Source: Chloroflexota bacterium
Lineage (GTDB): Bacteria; Chloroflexota; Dehalococcoidia; Lucifugimonadales; UBA3495
Length of the DNA: 64,000 nucleotides
NCBI GenBank assembly: GCA_027623675.1
Contig: JAQBVF010000016.1
Span: forward strand, 1 to 64,000
Direction: 5' to 3'
The position numbers and the translations under genes were made by a program. Below, in pieces: positions 20,046-29,294 of this stretch (position 1 is the stretch's first letter; every line of letters begins with the position of its first letter). The notes under the pieces are model-generated. The model was not told the origin of the DNA. It worked only from the letters and a program-made list of their open reading frames with translations, and did not search any database.

Positions 20046-20474
20046 TTAGCGGCTGGGCAATGCGACGGTCGCCGAACCGGGAGTGGTCTTCTCGCCTTTC
20101 TCGTTCTGAAGCCAGATCTCGCAGTCGACCAGGTTGACGCCGCCCTCCTGGTACCTGCGGGTGACCACGCCTTTGGCGGTGACCGGCGTGCCGGGGATGT
20201 CCATGCCCCGGTACTGGCAGGCCAGGCGCTTCAGGTCGCCCTTCGGCCCCATCCACTTGGTCACCAGGTGGCCAAGAAAGGCGTTCTTCAACGCACCGTG
20301 GAGGATCACGTCTTCCAGGCCGTTGTTCTTGGCGAAGCCCTGATCGTAGTGGATCTGGTAGTAGTCACCGGACGCGCCGGCGTACTTCACCAGCTGCTGG
20401 GTGGTGGGGTTCTTCACCACCTCGGGCAATTCCGTGCCCTCTTGAACGTCGTCCCAATAAACCTGGTCGGCCAT
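20046..20474 (-). CDS. MaoC-family hotdog dehydratase (catalytic)
   Basis: YAGASGDYYQIHYD..LHG hydratase motif. Confidence 0.87.
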   Translation of the reverse strand: MADQVYWDDVQEGTELPEVVKNPTTQQLVKYAGASGDYYQIHYDQGFAKNNGLEDVILHGALKNAFLGHLVTKWMGPKGDLKRLACQYRGMDIPGTPVTAKGVVTRRYQEGGVNLVDCEIWLQNEKGEKTTPGSATVALPSR

Positions 20475-20516
20475 GATTCGGCTCCCGTCGCCGTACGGCG
20501 AGTTAGTATCTGCGGA

Positions 20517-20975
20517 TCAGTATCTGATAGAAGTGCTCGTCTGGGTGGCGGCGACCTGGTCGAACTGGTTGCGGTAGGTGACCACGATGGTGGTGATGAT
20601 CATCAGGCCCATGCGGCCGGTGCGTTCGTTGATGTCGGCAATCTCGGAGATGGCCGTGATGCGGTCCCCAGCCCGGACCGGGTGAAAGTACTCCCAGTCG
20701 CTGCCGCCGTCCAGCAGCCGGGTGAAGGGCAGGTCGAAGGGGTAGGAAGGCCGGTCAACGCCCACGGAACGGAGGAAGGTGGGTGGGGCGATGAGTCCGC
20801 CGTACCGGGTCTCCCGTGCCGCTTTCTCGTCGTTGTAGACCGGGTTGTCATCTTCGATGGCCTGGGCGAACTTGATGATGGCCCCCTTCTCCACATCGAT
20901 GGTGCGGGGAGCGCTCTTCTGCCCTATGGCTTGTTTCCGCATTTCCTCGGTCAAAAAAGACGCGGGAGTAGTCAC
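20517..20975 (-). CDS. MaoC N-terminal/FAS1-like hotdog protein (partner subunit)
   Basis: FAQAIEDDNP, APPTF, RAGD; GTG start after AGGAGGT SD. Confidence 0.85.
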   Translation of the reverse strand: MTTPASFLTEEMRKQAIGQKSAPRTIDVEKGAIIKFAQAIEDDNPVYNDEKAARETRYGGLIAPPTFLRSVGVDRPSYPFDLPFTRLLDGGSDWEYFHPVRAGDRITAISEIADINERTGRMGLMIITTIVVTYRNQFDQVAATQTSTSIRY

Positions 20976-21003
20976 GAAATACCTCCTGTTCCAGTGCACC
21001 GAA

Positions 21004-21104
21004 AGTCTATATGGCACCCTCTAAGGTGTCAAGAAATCACGACCGAGGCTGGGCACAGCCCCAGCCCGTTCGCAATGGACAGGCCTGCCACGCCGATATA
21101 TAGT
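21004..21104. promoter_or_regulatory. Back-to-back divergent sigma70-type promoters
   Basis: Minus: TTGACA (21032-21027), 17 bp, TAGACT (21009-21004). Plus: TGGACA (21076-21081), 17 bp, TATAGT (21099-21104). Confidence 0.7.
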
Positions 21105-21175
21105 TTGGACAGCGAAGCGTTCAGACTGGATCTCAGGCCTGAAACGTGCCTGGGAATCTACTTGGAGCCACCGCC

Positions 21176-22123
21176 ATGGACTACGGCTTTTACCTCCCCA
21201 ACAGCGGCGCATCCGTCCAGCCCGACGCACTGGCCGATATAGCCAGCCTGGGCGACCGGCTGGGCTTCTACTGCATGGTGATGCCCGACCACGTGCTCCA
21301 GCCAAACAAGGTGGCTTCCGCCTATCCTTACAGCGTCACTGGGGACATCCTGGAGGCGGGGCAGTCAGGCGACGGCGAATGGCCCGAGCAGGTAACCACC
21401 CTGGCGTTCCTGGCCGGCATCACCGAGCGCATCCGCCTGGTAACCAGCGTGATGATCATTCCCTACCGCAACCCCATCCTCACCGCCAAGATGCTTGCCA
21501 CCCTGGACCTGCTCTCCAAGGGCCGGCTGGTCCTGGGAGCGGGCGTGGGCTGGATGGAAGAGGAATTCGAGCTGCTGAGCGCGCCGCCCTTCGCCGAGCG
21601 GGGCGCGGTGACCAATGAATACCTGGAGGCGTTCATCGAACTCTGGACCAAGGACGACCCCGAGTTCCACGGCAAGTACGTGAACTTCTCAGACATCACC
21701 TTTCTGCCCAAGCCGGTGCAGAAGCCTTACCCGCCCATCTGGATCGGCGGCCAGAGCAAGCCAGCCATTCGCCGCGCCGCCCGGCTGGGCAACGCCTGGC
21801 ATCCGGTGGGCGCCATCCCCGCCACTCCCCTGGAGCCGGAAGAACTGGCTGAGAATCTGGTGGTCCTACGCGAGTACGCCGAGAAAGCGGGGCGCGACTC
21901 ATCTGAGATTCAGGTTTCGGTGAAGGCGCCGCTGTACGACGCAGCCAACGCCGGCGGTCCCCGACGCAGGTTCACCGGCTCGGCCGACGAGGTCCGTCAG
22001 GACGTCCAGACCTACGCCGACGTGGGCGTGACGCACCTGATCTTCGACTTTCGGACCGACGACCCCCACCAGACCGAGGACCGCATGGCCCGGTTCGCCG
22101 AAGAGGTAATGGCCGTCACCTAG
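21176..22123 (+). CDS. LLM class, probably F420-dependent oxidoreductase, copy 1
   Basis: MPDHV, YRNPILTAK, GAGVGWMEEEF, PPIWIGG. Confidence 0.88.
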   Translation: MDYGFYLPNSGASVQPDALADIASLGDRLGFYCMVMPDHVLQPNKVASAYPYSVTGDILEAGQSGDGEWPEQVTTLAFLAGITERIRLVTSVMIIPYRNPILTAKMLATLDLLSKGRLVLGAGVGWMEEEFELLSAPPFAERGAVTNEYLEAFIELWTKDDPEFHGKYVNFSDITFLPKPVQKPYPPIWIGGQSKPAIRRAARLGNAWHPVGAIPATPLEPEELAENLVVLREYAEKAGRDSSEIQVSVKAPLYDAANAGGPRRRFTGSADEVRQDVQTYADVGVTHLIFDFRTDDPHQTEDRMARFAEEVMAVT

Positions 22124-22265
22124 GCTGGATTCCCACCCTGATACTCCGGCAAATTATTCCGATCCATTTACCCGTAACAGTCACTTCGAACCAGTCACCC
22201 CGAACCAGTTACGCCGAAACGATACCCTGGCCAGAAACCAAGGCCCGATACCAAGGAGCGATCGA

Positions 22266-23213
22266 ATGGAATATGGGTTTTACCTTCCCAGCGGCGGGCC
22301 TTCCGCCCAGCCCGACGCCCTGGCCAGCATCGCTCGACAGGGCGACAAGCTGGGATTCTTCTGCATGGTGATGCCGGACCATATAGTGCAGCCGCGGTCC
22401 GTCGAGTCCCAATATCCCTATAGCGTCACCGGCGACATCCAGAAAGCCCACCAGGCGGCGTCTGACGAGCGGCTGGAGCAGGTGACCACCCTGGCGTTCC
22501 TGGCGGGCATCACCGAGCGGATCAAGCTGGTAACCAGCGTGATGATCATCCCCTACCGCAACCCCATCCTCACCGCGAAGATGCTCGCCACCCTGGACAT
22601 GCTCTCCAAGGGCCGGTTGATCCTGGGAGCGGGCGTGGGCTGGATGGAAGAGGAGTTCGAGGCGCTGAACACAGAGCCCTTCGCCGAGCGGGGCGCCGTG
22701 ACCAACGAATACCTGGAGGCGTTCATCGAACTCTGGACCAAGGACGACCCCGAGTTCCACGGCAAGTACGTGAACTTCTCAGACATCACCTTTCTGCCCA
22801 AGCCGGTGCAGAAGCCTTATCCGCCCATCTGGATCGGCGGCCAGAGCAAACCCGCCATTCGCCGCGCCGCCCGCCTGGGCAACTGCTGGCACCCGGTGGG
22901 GGCGATCCCCGCCGCGCCGCTGGAGCCTGAAGAACTGGCCGAGAACCTGGTGCTTCTGCGTGAGACTGCCGAGAAGGCGGGCCGGGACCCGTCGGAGATT
23001 CAGATATCGGTGAAAGCGCCGCTATACGATGCCGGCGATAACGACGGGCCGCGGCGCCGGTTCAGCGGCACTCCGGACGAGGTCCGCCAGGATGTCCAGA
23101 CCTACGCCGATGTTGGTGTCACCCACCTGATATTCGACTTCCGCGCCGCAGACGGACATGGGACCGAAGAACGCATGGCCAGATTCGCCGAAGAGGTCAT
23201 GGCCGTCACTTAG
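22266..23213 (+). CDS. LLM class, probably F420-dependent oxidoreductase, copy 2
   Basis: Near-identical tandem paralog of copy 1 (offset 1090 bp). Confidence 0.88.
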   Translation: MEYGFYLPSGGPSAQPDALASIARQGDKLGFFCMVMPDHIVQPRSVESQYPYSVTGDIQKAHQAASDERLEQVTTLAFLAGITERIKLVTSVMIIPYRNPILTAKMLATLDMLSKGRLILGAGVGWMEEEFEALNTEPFAERGAVTNEYLEAFIELWTKDDPEFHGKYVNFSDITFLPKPVQKPYPPIWIGGQSKPAIRRAARLGNCWHPVGAIPAAPLEPEELAENLVLLRETAEKAGRDPSEIQISVKAPLYDAGDNDGPRRRFSGTPDEVRQDVQTYADVGVTHLIFDFRAADGHGTEERMARFAEEVMAVT

Positions 23214-23258
23214 CCGGCCACACGCGATAATTTCAATTTCCACACCAGGAGGCGTCCC

Positions 23259-24059
23259 ATGGATACATTGGACCAAAGGTTTGAGAAGGCCCAGGCGATG
23301 CGCGCCCGGATGGCCCAGGGCGACCCCAGCCATTATCTTTTGCCCGGCATCGACATGCTTGCCCCCGACCTGAGGCGCATCGTCGACGAGTCTTTGTTCG
23401 GCCAGGTCTGGGCCCGTCCGGGACTGGACATCAAACACCGGTGCATGTCCACCATCTCGGCGCTGATGGCCCTGGGTCAATTGCCCCTGCTGCGCCGGCA
23501 TATCGAACGCAGCCTGAACCTGGGGATGACCCCGGAGCAGGTCGTTGAGGTGTTTATCCAGCTGACTTTCTACGTTGGCGTCCCCTCGGTCGAAACGGCC
23601 ATGCGCACCACCAACGCGGTCTTCGAGGCGCGGGGCATCGATTTCGTGCCGGTTTCGACCTATGACACCACCATGACGCCGGACGAGCTATTCGAGTTGG
23701 GCAAAAAGAGCTACCAACAACATATCGGCGAATCGACGCTGTACCCGGTGGATGACCCCAACTCCATCGAGATGGAAGTCGAGCGTCTGATCGACGAATA
23801 TCACTGGGGTGCGATCTACACCCGGCCCAACCTGGACCCGGTGAGCCGCGCCATCTGCGCCATCTCCGCCATGACCGTGCTGGGCCAGTACGACCGCCAG
23901 ATTCGCCGGCGCATCGAAGGAGCCCTGCGGGTGGGCGTAACGCCGCAGCAGATCATGGAGGTGTTCATCCACCTGATCCTCTACGGTGGATACATCAACT
24001 CCCGCACGGCGATGCGCGTGGCCCGGTCGGTATTCACGGAGCAGGGTCTAACGGCTTAG
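23259..24059 (+). CDS. Carboxymuconolactone decarboxylase-family protein with two CMD domains
   Basis: Repeated FGQVWARPGLD..YVGVP and WGAIYTRPNLD..YGGY motifs. Confidence 0.82.
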   Translation: MDTLDQRFEKAQAMRARMAQGDPSHYLLPGIDMLAPDLRRIVDESLFGQVWARPGLDIKHRCMSTISALMALGQLPLLRRHIERSLNLGMTPEQVVEVFIQLTFYVGVPSVETAMRTTNAVFEARGIDFVPVSTYDTTMTPDELFELGKKSYQQHIGESTLYPVDDPNSIEMEVERLIDEYHWGAIYTRPNLDPVSRAICAISAMTVLGQYDRQIRRRIEGALRVGVTPQQIMEVFIHLILYGGYINSRTAMRVARSVFTEQGLTA

Positions 24060-24127
24060 GTCCAACCGGATTGTTTCAGTCCGAAGCAAAGCGAAGCAAT
24101 GATAAAAGCAACGAGGGGAGCAGCGAT

Positions 24128-24922
24128 ATGAAACTGAAACTAGACGACGGCATAGAGCTTTTCTATACCATCGACGACTTCACCGACCCGTGGACCAAGC
24201 CGGAGACGGTGGTGATGCACCACGGCATGGCCAAGAGCCACAAGATGTGGTTTGGCTGGGTGCCCATAATCGCCCGCCACTACCGGGTCATCCGCTTCGA
24301 CATGCGGGGAATGGGCCTGTCGGACGTGTCCGGCCCGGAGCACGCCTATACGCTAGACAGTTTTACCAGCGACCTGAAGGAGTTCGCCGACAAGATGGAG
24401 CTGGACAAATTCCACCTCATCGGCGAGACGGTGGGCGGGTCCATATCCATGAACTACTCCATCAACAACCAGGAGCGGTTGAAGTCGCTGACGGTCTGCA
24501 CCTCGCCCACCAACTTCGACTCCCACCACAAAGAGAGCGCCGAACTTATCGAGCGTGAGGGCATCAACGTGTGGGTAGAGGACTCCATCGGGCGGAGGCT
24601 GGACCCGCAGATAGTCGACCCCGCCTACATCCGCTGGTACGCCGAGCAGATGAAGGCCACCCCGGCGCACGTGGTGGCCGGCTTCCAGGCCACCGCTGGG
24701 GGCGACATCGGCCCCGCGCTGAAGAACGTCCAGACCCCCATGCTGATGTTGGCGGCCGCCAACCTGCGGGAGGAGGTCCTGGGCGACTTCCGGGGGTCGG
24801 CCGACCTGTTTCCCAACGGCCGCAAGGTGGTTTTCCCCGGCGTTTACGGCTTTGTGCAGCACATCCTGCCGGTGCCCTGCGCCAGGGTCTGGCTCGACTT
24901 CGCCCAGGGCCTAGAGCCGTAG
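24128..24922 (+). CDS. Alpha/beta hydrolase (PcaD-like fold) with atypical nucleophile elbow
   Basis: HHG, FDMRGMGLS, GETVGG; ATG 24128 after GGGGAG. Confidence 0.82.
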   Translation: MKLKLDDGIELFYTIDDFTDPWTKPETVVMHHGMAKSHKMWFGWVPIIARHYRVIRFDMRGMGLSDVSGPEHAYTLDSFTSDLKEFADKMELDKFHLIGETVGGSISMNYSINNQERLKSLTVCTSPTNFDSHHKESAELIEREGINVWVEDSIGRRLDPQIVDPAYIRWYAEQMKATPAHVVAGFQATAGGDIGPALKNVQTPMLMLAAANLREEVLGDFRGSADLFPNGRKVVFPGVYGFVQHILPVPCARVWLDFAQGLEP

Positions 24923-25020
24923 GCCGTAAACCGGCCCGGCCTGGCGCAACCATTTGGTCTAAGACCGGTCGGCTCGCGCCCGGGTTGCCAGGGGGCGTTT
25001 TTCAAGAGGCGGTTGCGCAG

Positions 25021-25353
25021 TCAGACATTGGAGCGGTACATCCGGATATCGATCCTCTCAACGGTAACCAGGCCTTCTCCAATGACCTCGTCGATGATCG
25101 GCATCACCGAATCGATCTTGTCCGCCGAGTCCACGATCTCCACGACCATGGGCAGGTCCAGTGACAGGCGCAAGATTTTGGAGGTATGCACGCGGCTGTT
25201 GGCCCCAAACCCCATCACACCGCGGAGAACGGTGGCGCCGGCGATGCCTTCGTCGCGCATCTTACGAACGATCCATTCGTACAAAGGCATCCCGTCATGC
25301 CTATCGGACTCGCCGATGAATATGCGTAGCAGGCGGCCCTCACCGTGCAACAT
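25021..25353 (-). CDS. DUF190 (PII-like) protein
   Basis: LRIFIGESD, GATVLRGVMGFG, LSLDLP. Confidence 0.88.
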   Translation of the reverse strand: MLHGEGRLLRIFIGESDRHDGMPLYEWIVRKMRDEGIAGATVLRGVMGFGANSRVHTSKILRLSLDLPMVVEIVDSADKIDSVMPIIDEVIGEGLVTVERIDIRMYRSNV

Positions 25354-25364
25354 GCATGCCCTCC

Positions 25365-25742
25365 TTACGATAATTGCGAAGCGGAATATCCGGCCCAAAC
25401 CGCCGCCAGCCCCAAGACGACCTGGAGACCGACGTTCGAAAATGCCGCCAGCGATTCTCCGTCCCGGAGCAACTGAAACGTTTCATAGCTAAAGGTTGAG
25501 AAAGTGGTAAAGCCGCCCAGCACACCGATCAACAACAACGCCCGCGTTTCCGGCCCGAGGAAGTTGCGGTTTTCGGACAGGCCCGCCAGCAGTCCGATCA
25601 ACAAACAACCGACCACGTTTACCGTGAGGGTCCCGTAGGGCAGCGAGAGGGTCCGGAGGCCGTCTTGTACCCAACCAGCGACCAGATAGCGCATCACCGC
25701 GCCAAAAAACCCACCGATCCCCACCAGCAAAATCAACAGCAC
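25365..25742 (-). CDS. crcB: Fluoride efflux channel Fluc
   Basis: GGFFGAVMRY, GTLTVNVVG, GGFTTFSTF. Confidence 0.93.
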   Translation of the reverse strand: MLLILLVGIGGFFGAVMRYLVAGWVQDGLRTLSLPYGTLTVNVVGCLLIGLLAGLSENRNFLGPETRALLLIGVLGGFTTFSTFSYETFQLLRDGESLAAFSNVGLQVVLGLAAVWAGYSASQLS

Positions 25743-26146
25743 CCTAGGTTTCCTCCCCGCGAACCGCCGGCCAGACCGGCCGGATATCTTCGCCTCGATT
25801 AATCATGCCTCAATTATTCTTGCAATGATGCCACGTTTCGCCCTGTGAATACCAAGCTGCCGAGCGCCCGTCAGAAAACTGCCGTTGAAGCCACGGCACC
25901 AAATGTACTATGATTGGCCCGACCGTCGACTATATTCAGTCAGATCCTTTTACTGAAATCATCTTTCCACCTTATGGACAGATGGTTCCTCGGCGAACGA
26001 AACGGGTTTTACAAAAATCTCCGGCTACTCCTGATTCCAGCTTCGGTTGGCTGCGAGTCGCTGGCAGACCTACTTCCGTTTTAACCGCTTTGCGCAGTAC
26101 GCCGCAAAATCAGGTCTGGTCGACTAATCTGCATACACGGTGATAC

Positions 26147-27955
26147 GTGGTATCGGATAAAAGACATTGGCCCTTGATCAGTTGGTTGAATCATAAGATC
26201 AAAGACCGCCTGGACATCTACTCCTACCTCCAGACCCTTCTCAAGCTTCTCCATCGAGCACATGTACCCATCGATGCCCTGTTGGCCATCGTCGTCGGCA
26301 TTGCCGCCGGCCTTGGCGCTGTCGGGTTCCGCTATCTGTTGGAGATCGTCACCGACCTCTTCTTTGTGGGCGGTCAAGACCTGTTGGGCTCGATGGGGAA
26401 ATGGTACGTGGTCCTGATACCGGCCGCGGGGGGCCTGCTGGTTGGCCCCTTGGTGTATCGATTTGCCCGGGAGGCCCAGGGCCACGGAGTGCCTGAGGTG
26501 ATGGCTGCCGTGGTGGCCAGGGGAGGCCGCATACGGCCCCGGGTTGCGATCGTGAAGACACTGGCGTCATCCATCTGCATCGGCAGCGGCGGCTCGGTGG
26601 GACGCGAAGGGCCGATCGTGCAGATCGGGTCAGCCATCGGTTCCACCATCGGGCAGGTGTTGCGCCTATCCCCGGGAGATATCCGGCTCTTGGTGGCATG
26701 TGGCGCCGCGGGTGGCATCTCGGGCACCTTCAACGCGCCGCTGGCGGGCGTCTTGTTCAGCATGGAAATCATTCTGCACCGCTATACCGGCCGCAGTTTT
26801 GGTCTTGTCGCGTTGAGTTCCGTTACCTCGGCGGCGATCGCTCACGCCTTCTTCGGCGATTCTGCCGTTTTCTTGATACCCAGTTACGAGTTGGCCAGCA
26901 GCTGGGAGTTCCCGCTTTATATCCTGCTGGGCGTCATCGCCGCGTTTGTCGCCTATCTGTTCGTAGCCGTGCTTTACAAAAGCGAGAACCTTTTCGAGGC
27001 CCTCAAGTTCCCCCCATATCTCAAGCCGGTCATTGGCGGGTTGGCTGTGGGCTTGATCGGTGTGTTCTATCCGCAGGTCTTTGGCGTTGGCTACGGCACG
27101 GTAGATTTCATTCTGGCCGGGCACTTGGCCTTGAGTTTGCTGCTGCCACTACTATTGATCAAGATTCTGGCGACATCGCTCACCCTTGGCAGCGGCGGCA
27201 GCGGCGGCGTTTTTGCGCCATCACTCTTCATCGGGGCGGTGCTGGGAGGAGCCTTCGGAAACATCGGCAACGAATTGTTGCCCGGTATAACCGGGCCGGA
27301 AGGCGCCTACGCCCTGGTTGGCATGGCAGCCGTTTTTGCGGCCGCCGCCCGGGCGCCGGCCACCTCGATCGTCATTCTCTTCGAGATGACCCGAGACTAC
27401 GACATCATCCTCCCTCTGATCGCCGCGGTAGTGGTGAGTACGATCGTAGCCAGGATATTGCGCCGGGAAAGTATCTACACCATCAAGATGCAACAACAAG
27501 GGGTGTCTGTCCCGGACGATGAACAATGGGACGCGCTTAGAGATATACAGGTGGGCGACGCGATGACCACGGAATATCCCACCATCGATTACGACGCATC
27601 CCTGGCTGACCTGAACGCGCTGTTCATCGAAACAGGCCATCACGGCTTCCCGGTATTGGATGAACACCAGAACTTGGTTGGGATAGTCACCGTTTCCGAC
27701 CTGAGGTCCATCAAACCCGGCAGCGGCCAAACGGTGAAAGACATCGCCACCTTCGACTTGGTGGTGGCGTTTCCCGACCAATCGCTGCACGATGCTCTGG
27801 CTCAATTTTGGGGCCGGGACGTGGGCCACATCCCCGTTGTCGACCGAGACGACCGGTCCAAACTTCTAGGGGTGGTGCGCCGGCACAATATCGTCCAGGC
27901 TTACGCGGACAGTACCCAAATGGGCACGGCCAGCGCCCCGAGCGGCGCAGGTTAG
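26147..27955 (+). CDS. ClC chloride channel/antiporter with C-terminal CBS pair
   Basis: GHGVPEV, GREGP, FNAPLAG, GGVFAP, CBS motifs HGFPV and HIPVV; start uncertain. Confidence 0.9.
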   Translation: MVSDKRHWPLISWLNHKIKDRLDIYSYLQTLLKLLHRAHVPIDALLAIVVGIAAGLGAVGFRYLLEIVTDLFFVGGQDLLGSMGKWYVVLIPAAGGLLVGPLVYRFAREAQGHGVPEVMAAVVARGGRIRPRVAIVKTLASSICIGSGGSVGREGPIVQIGSAIGSTIGQVLRLSPGDIRLLVACGAAGGISGTFNAPLAGVLFSMEIILHRYTGRSFGLVALSSVTSAAIAHAFFGDSAVFLIPSYELASSWEFPLYILLGVIAAFVAYLFVAVLYKSENLFEALKFPPYLKPVIGGLAVGLIGVFYPQVFGVGYGTVDFILAGHLALSLLLPLLLIKILATSLTLGSGGSGGVFAPSLFIGAVLGGAFGNIGNELLPGITGPEGAYALVGMAAVFAAAARAPATSIVILFEMTRDYDIILPLIAAVVVSTIVARILRRESIYTIKMQQQGVSVPDDEQWDALRDIQVGDAMTTEYPTIDYDASLADLNALFIETGHHGFPVLDEHQNLVGIVTVSDLRSIKPGSGQTVKDIATFDLVVAFPDQSLHDALAQFWGRDVGHIPVVDRDDRSKLLGVVRRHNIVQAYADSTQMGTASAPSGAG

Positions 27956-28244
27956 GCTGAACGATCGCTCGCAAATACGGTTGATCGAATCAATAACCAG
28001 GCCGTTGACTAGTTGACTAATTGTTTGTCCGGCGAGTAGTTCCAACCGTGCCGCTGCCACATCTCGCGGTCCGTCTCCCAACACCGCCGCTCCTGGTCCG
28101 TTGACCCCCGGCGCCTGTCGGAATACAATCCGGCGTGACCGGTGACCCCCTTCCCCAGAACCTAACCACCAACTGGCAACCGGAACGATTATCTCCGCAG
28201 GCTCACTGTCACTTGAGCAGCCGCGGCTAGGGAGGCCAACAGCC

Positions 28245-29039
28245 ATGGACCTGTCACTGGAAGGAAAGATTGCCATCGTAACCGGCGGCAGCAAAGGGAT
28301 CGGCCGGGCCACGGCCATGGCATTGGCCCAGGAGGGCGTCGACGTGGCCATCTGCGCCAGGGGCCTGGAAGAACTTGAGGAAGCCGCAGCCGAGATCCGC
28401 GCCAAGACGGGACGCAGGGCGCTGGCCGTGCGGGCCGACATGGGCGACCCGGCGGACATCAAGAGTCTGGTGGCCGCCACGATGGCCGAACTGGGCGGAG
28501 TCGACATCCTGGTCAATAACGCGGTGAACTCCACCGCCGCGCCGTTCATGGAACTGGCCGACGAAGACTGGATGAACCATATCAACGTCAAAGTCATGGG
28601 CTATGTCCGTTGTTCCCGGGAGGTCATCCCCCACATGCGGGCAAGGGGCGGAGGCCGGATAATCAACATCGGGGGAATGGCCGCACGGTCCGCCAACACG
28701 TTGACCAACAGCAACGGCGTCACCAACTCGGCGGTGTCCAACATCGCCAAGAACCTGTCGGACCAGGTGGCCGCCGACGGCATCTTGGTCAATTGCATCC
28801 ACCCAGGCACCACCAGGACTCCCCGGCAGGATATGCTGTTGGAACGCCAGGCGCGCGACGCCAACATCACCGTCGCGGAAGCCACGAAGCGGGCGGTGTC
28901 CCACATCCCCATCGGCCGCATGGTCGAGTCGGAGGAGATTGCCGACCTGGTGCTGTTCCTGGTCTCCAACCGTGCGTCCGCCATCACCGGCCAGACCATC
29001 GCCGTCGAAGGCGGAGCCGGCAGGGGCATGCATTACTGA
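28245..29039 (+). CDS. SDR oxidoreductase
   Basis: TGGSKGIG, LVNNA, ITGQ; the catalytic YxxxK is not evident (NGVTN at that position). Confidence 0.87.
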   Translation: MDLSLEGKIAIVTGGSKGIGRATAMALAQEGVDVAICARGLEELEEAAAEIRAKTGRRALAVRADMGDPADIKSLVAATMAELGGVDILVNNAVNSTAAPFMELADEDWMNHINVKVMGYVRCSREVIPHMRARGGGRIINIGGMAARSANTLTNSNGVTNSAVSNIAKNLSDQVAADGILVNCIHPGTTRTPRQDMLLERQARDANITVAEATKRAVSHIPIGRMVESEEIADLVLFLVSNRASAITGQTIAVEGGAGRGMHY

Positions 29040-29294
29040 TTCCATCGTCGACCCCAGAGTCGGTTGGCCTGGCGGATGTGTCGACCGGGAAAGGCGGCAG
29101 TTCTTCTCGCCAATCACCGCTGCATCTGTTAACGTCGAAAGGCATCCAAACGGGAAACCCGGTGCTGCCATGGCCCAACTTGGGTGGCCGACTAGAACCT
29201 GGTCCGATCGCCACCCTTTTCTGGGGCCGCCCACCCTAGGCACACGGGACCCGGCAATCCGAGAATAAACCGCGAGACCGCTAAGGAAACCCCG

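Noticed and set aside
25743..25910. Canonical fluoride riboswitch upstream of crcB
   Set aside because: No GGnGATGG..GCTrATGAy.CCTAC pattern on the minus strand.
26147..27955. Fluoride-specific CLC-F exporter
   Set aside because: It has GHGVP and GREGP rather than the GNNLI/GMGLI and GREGT/V signatures.
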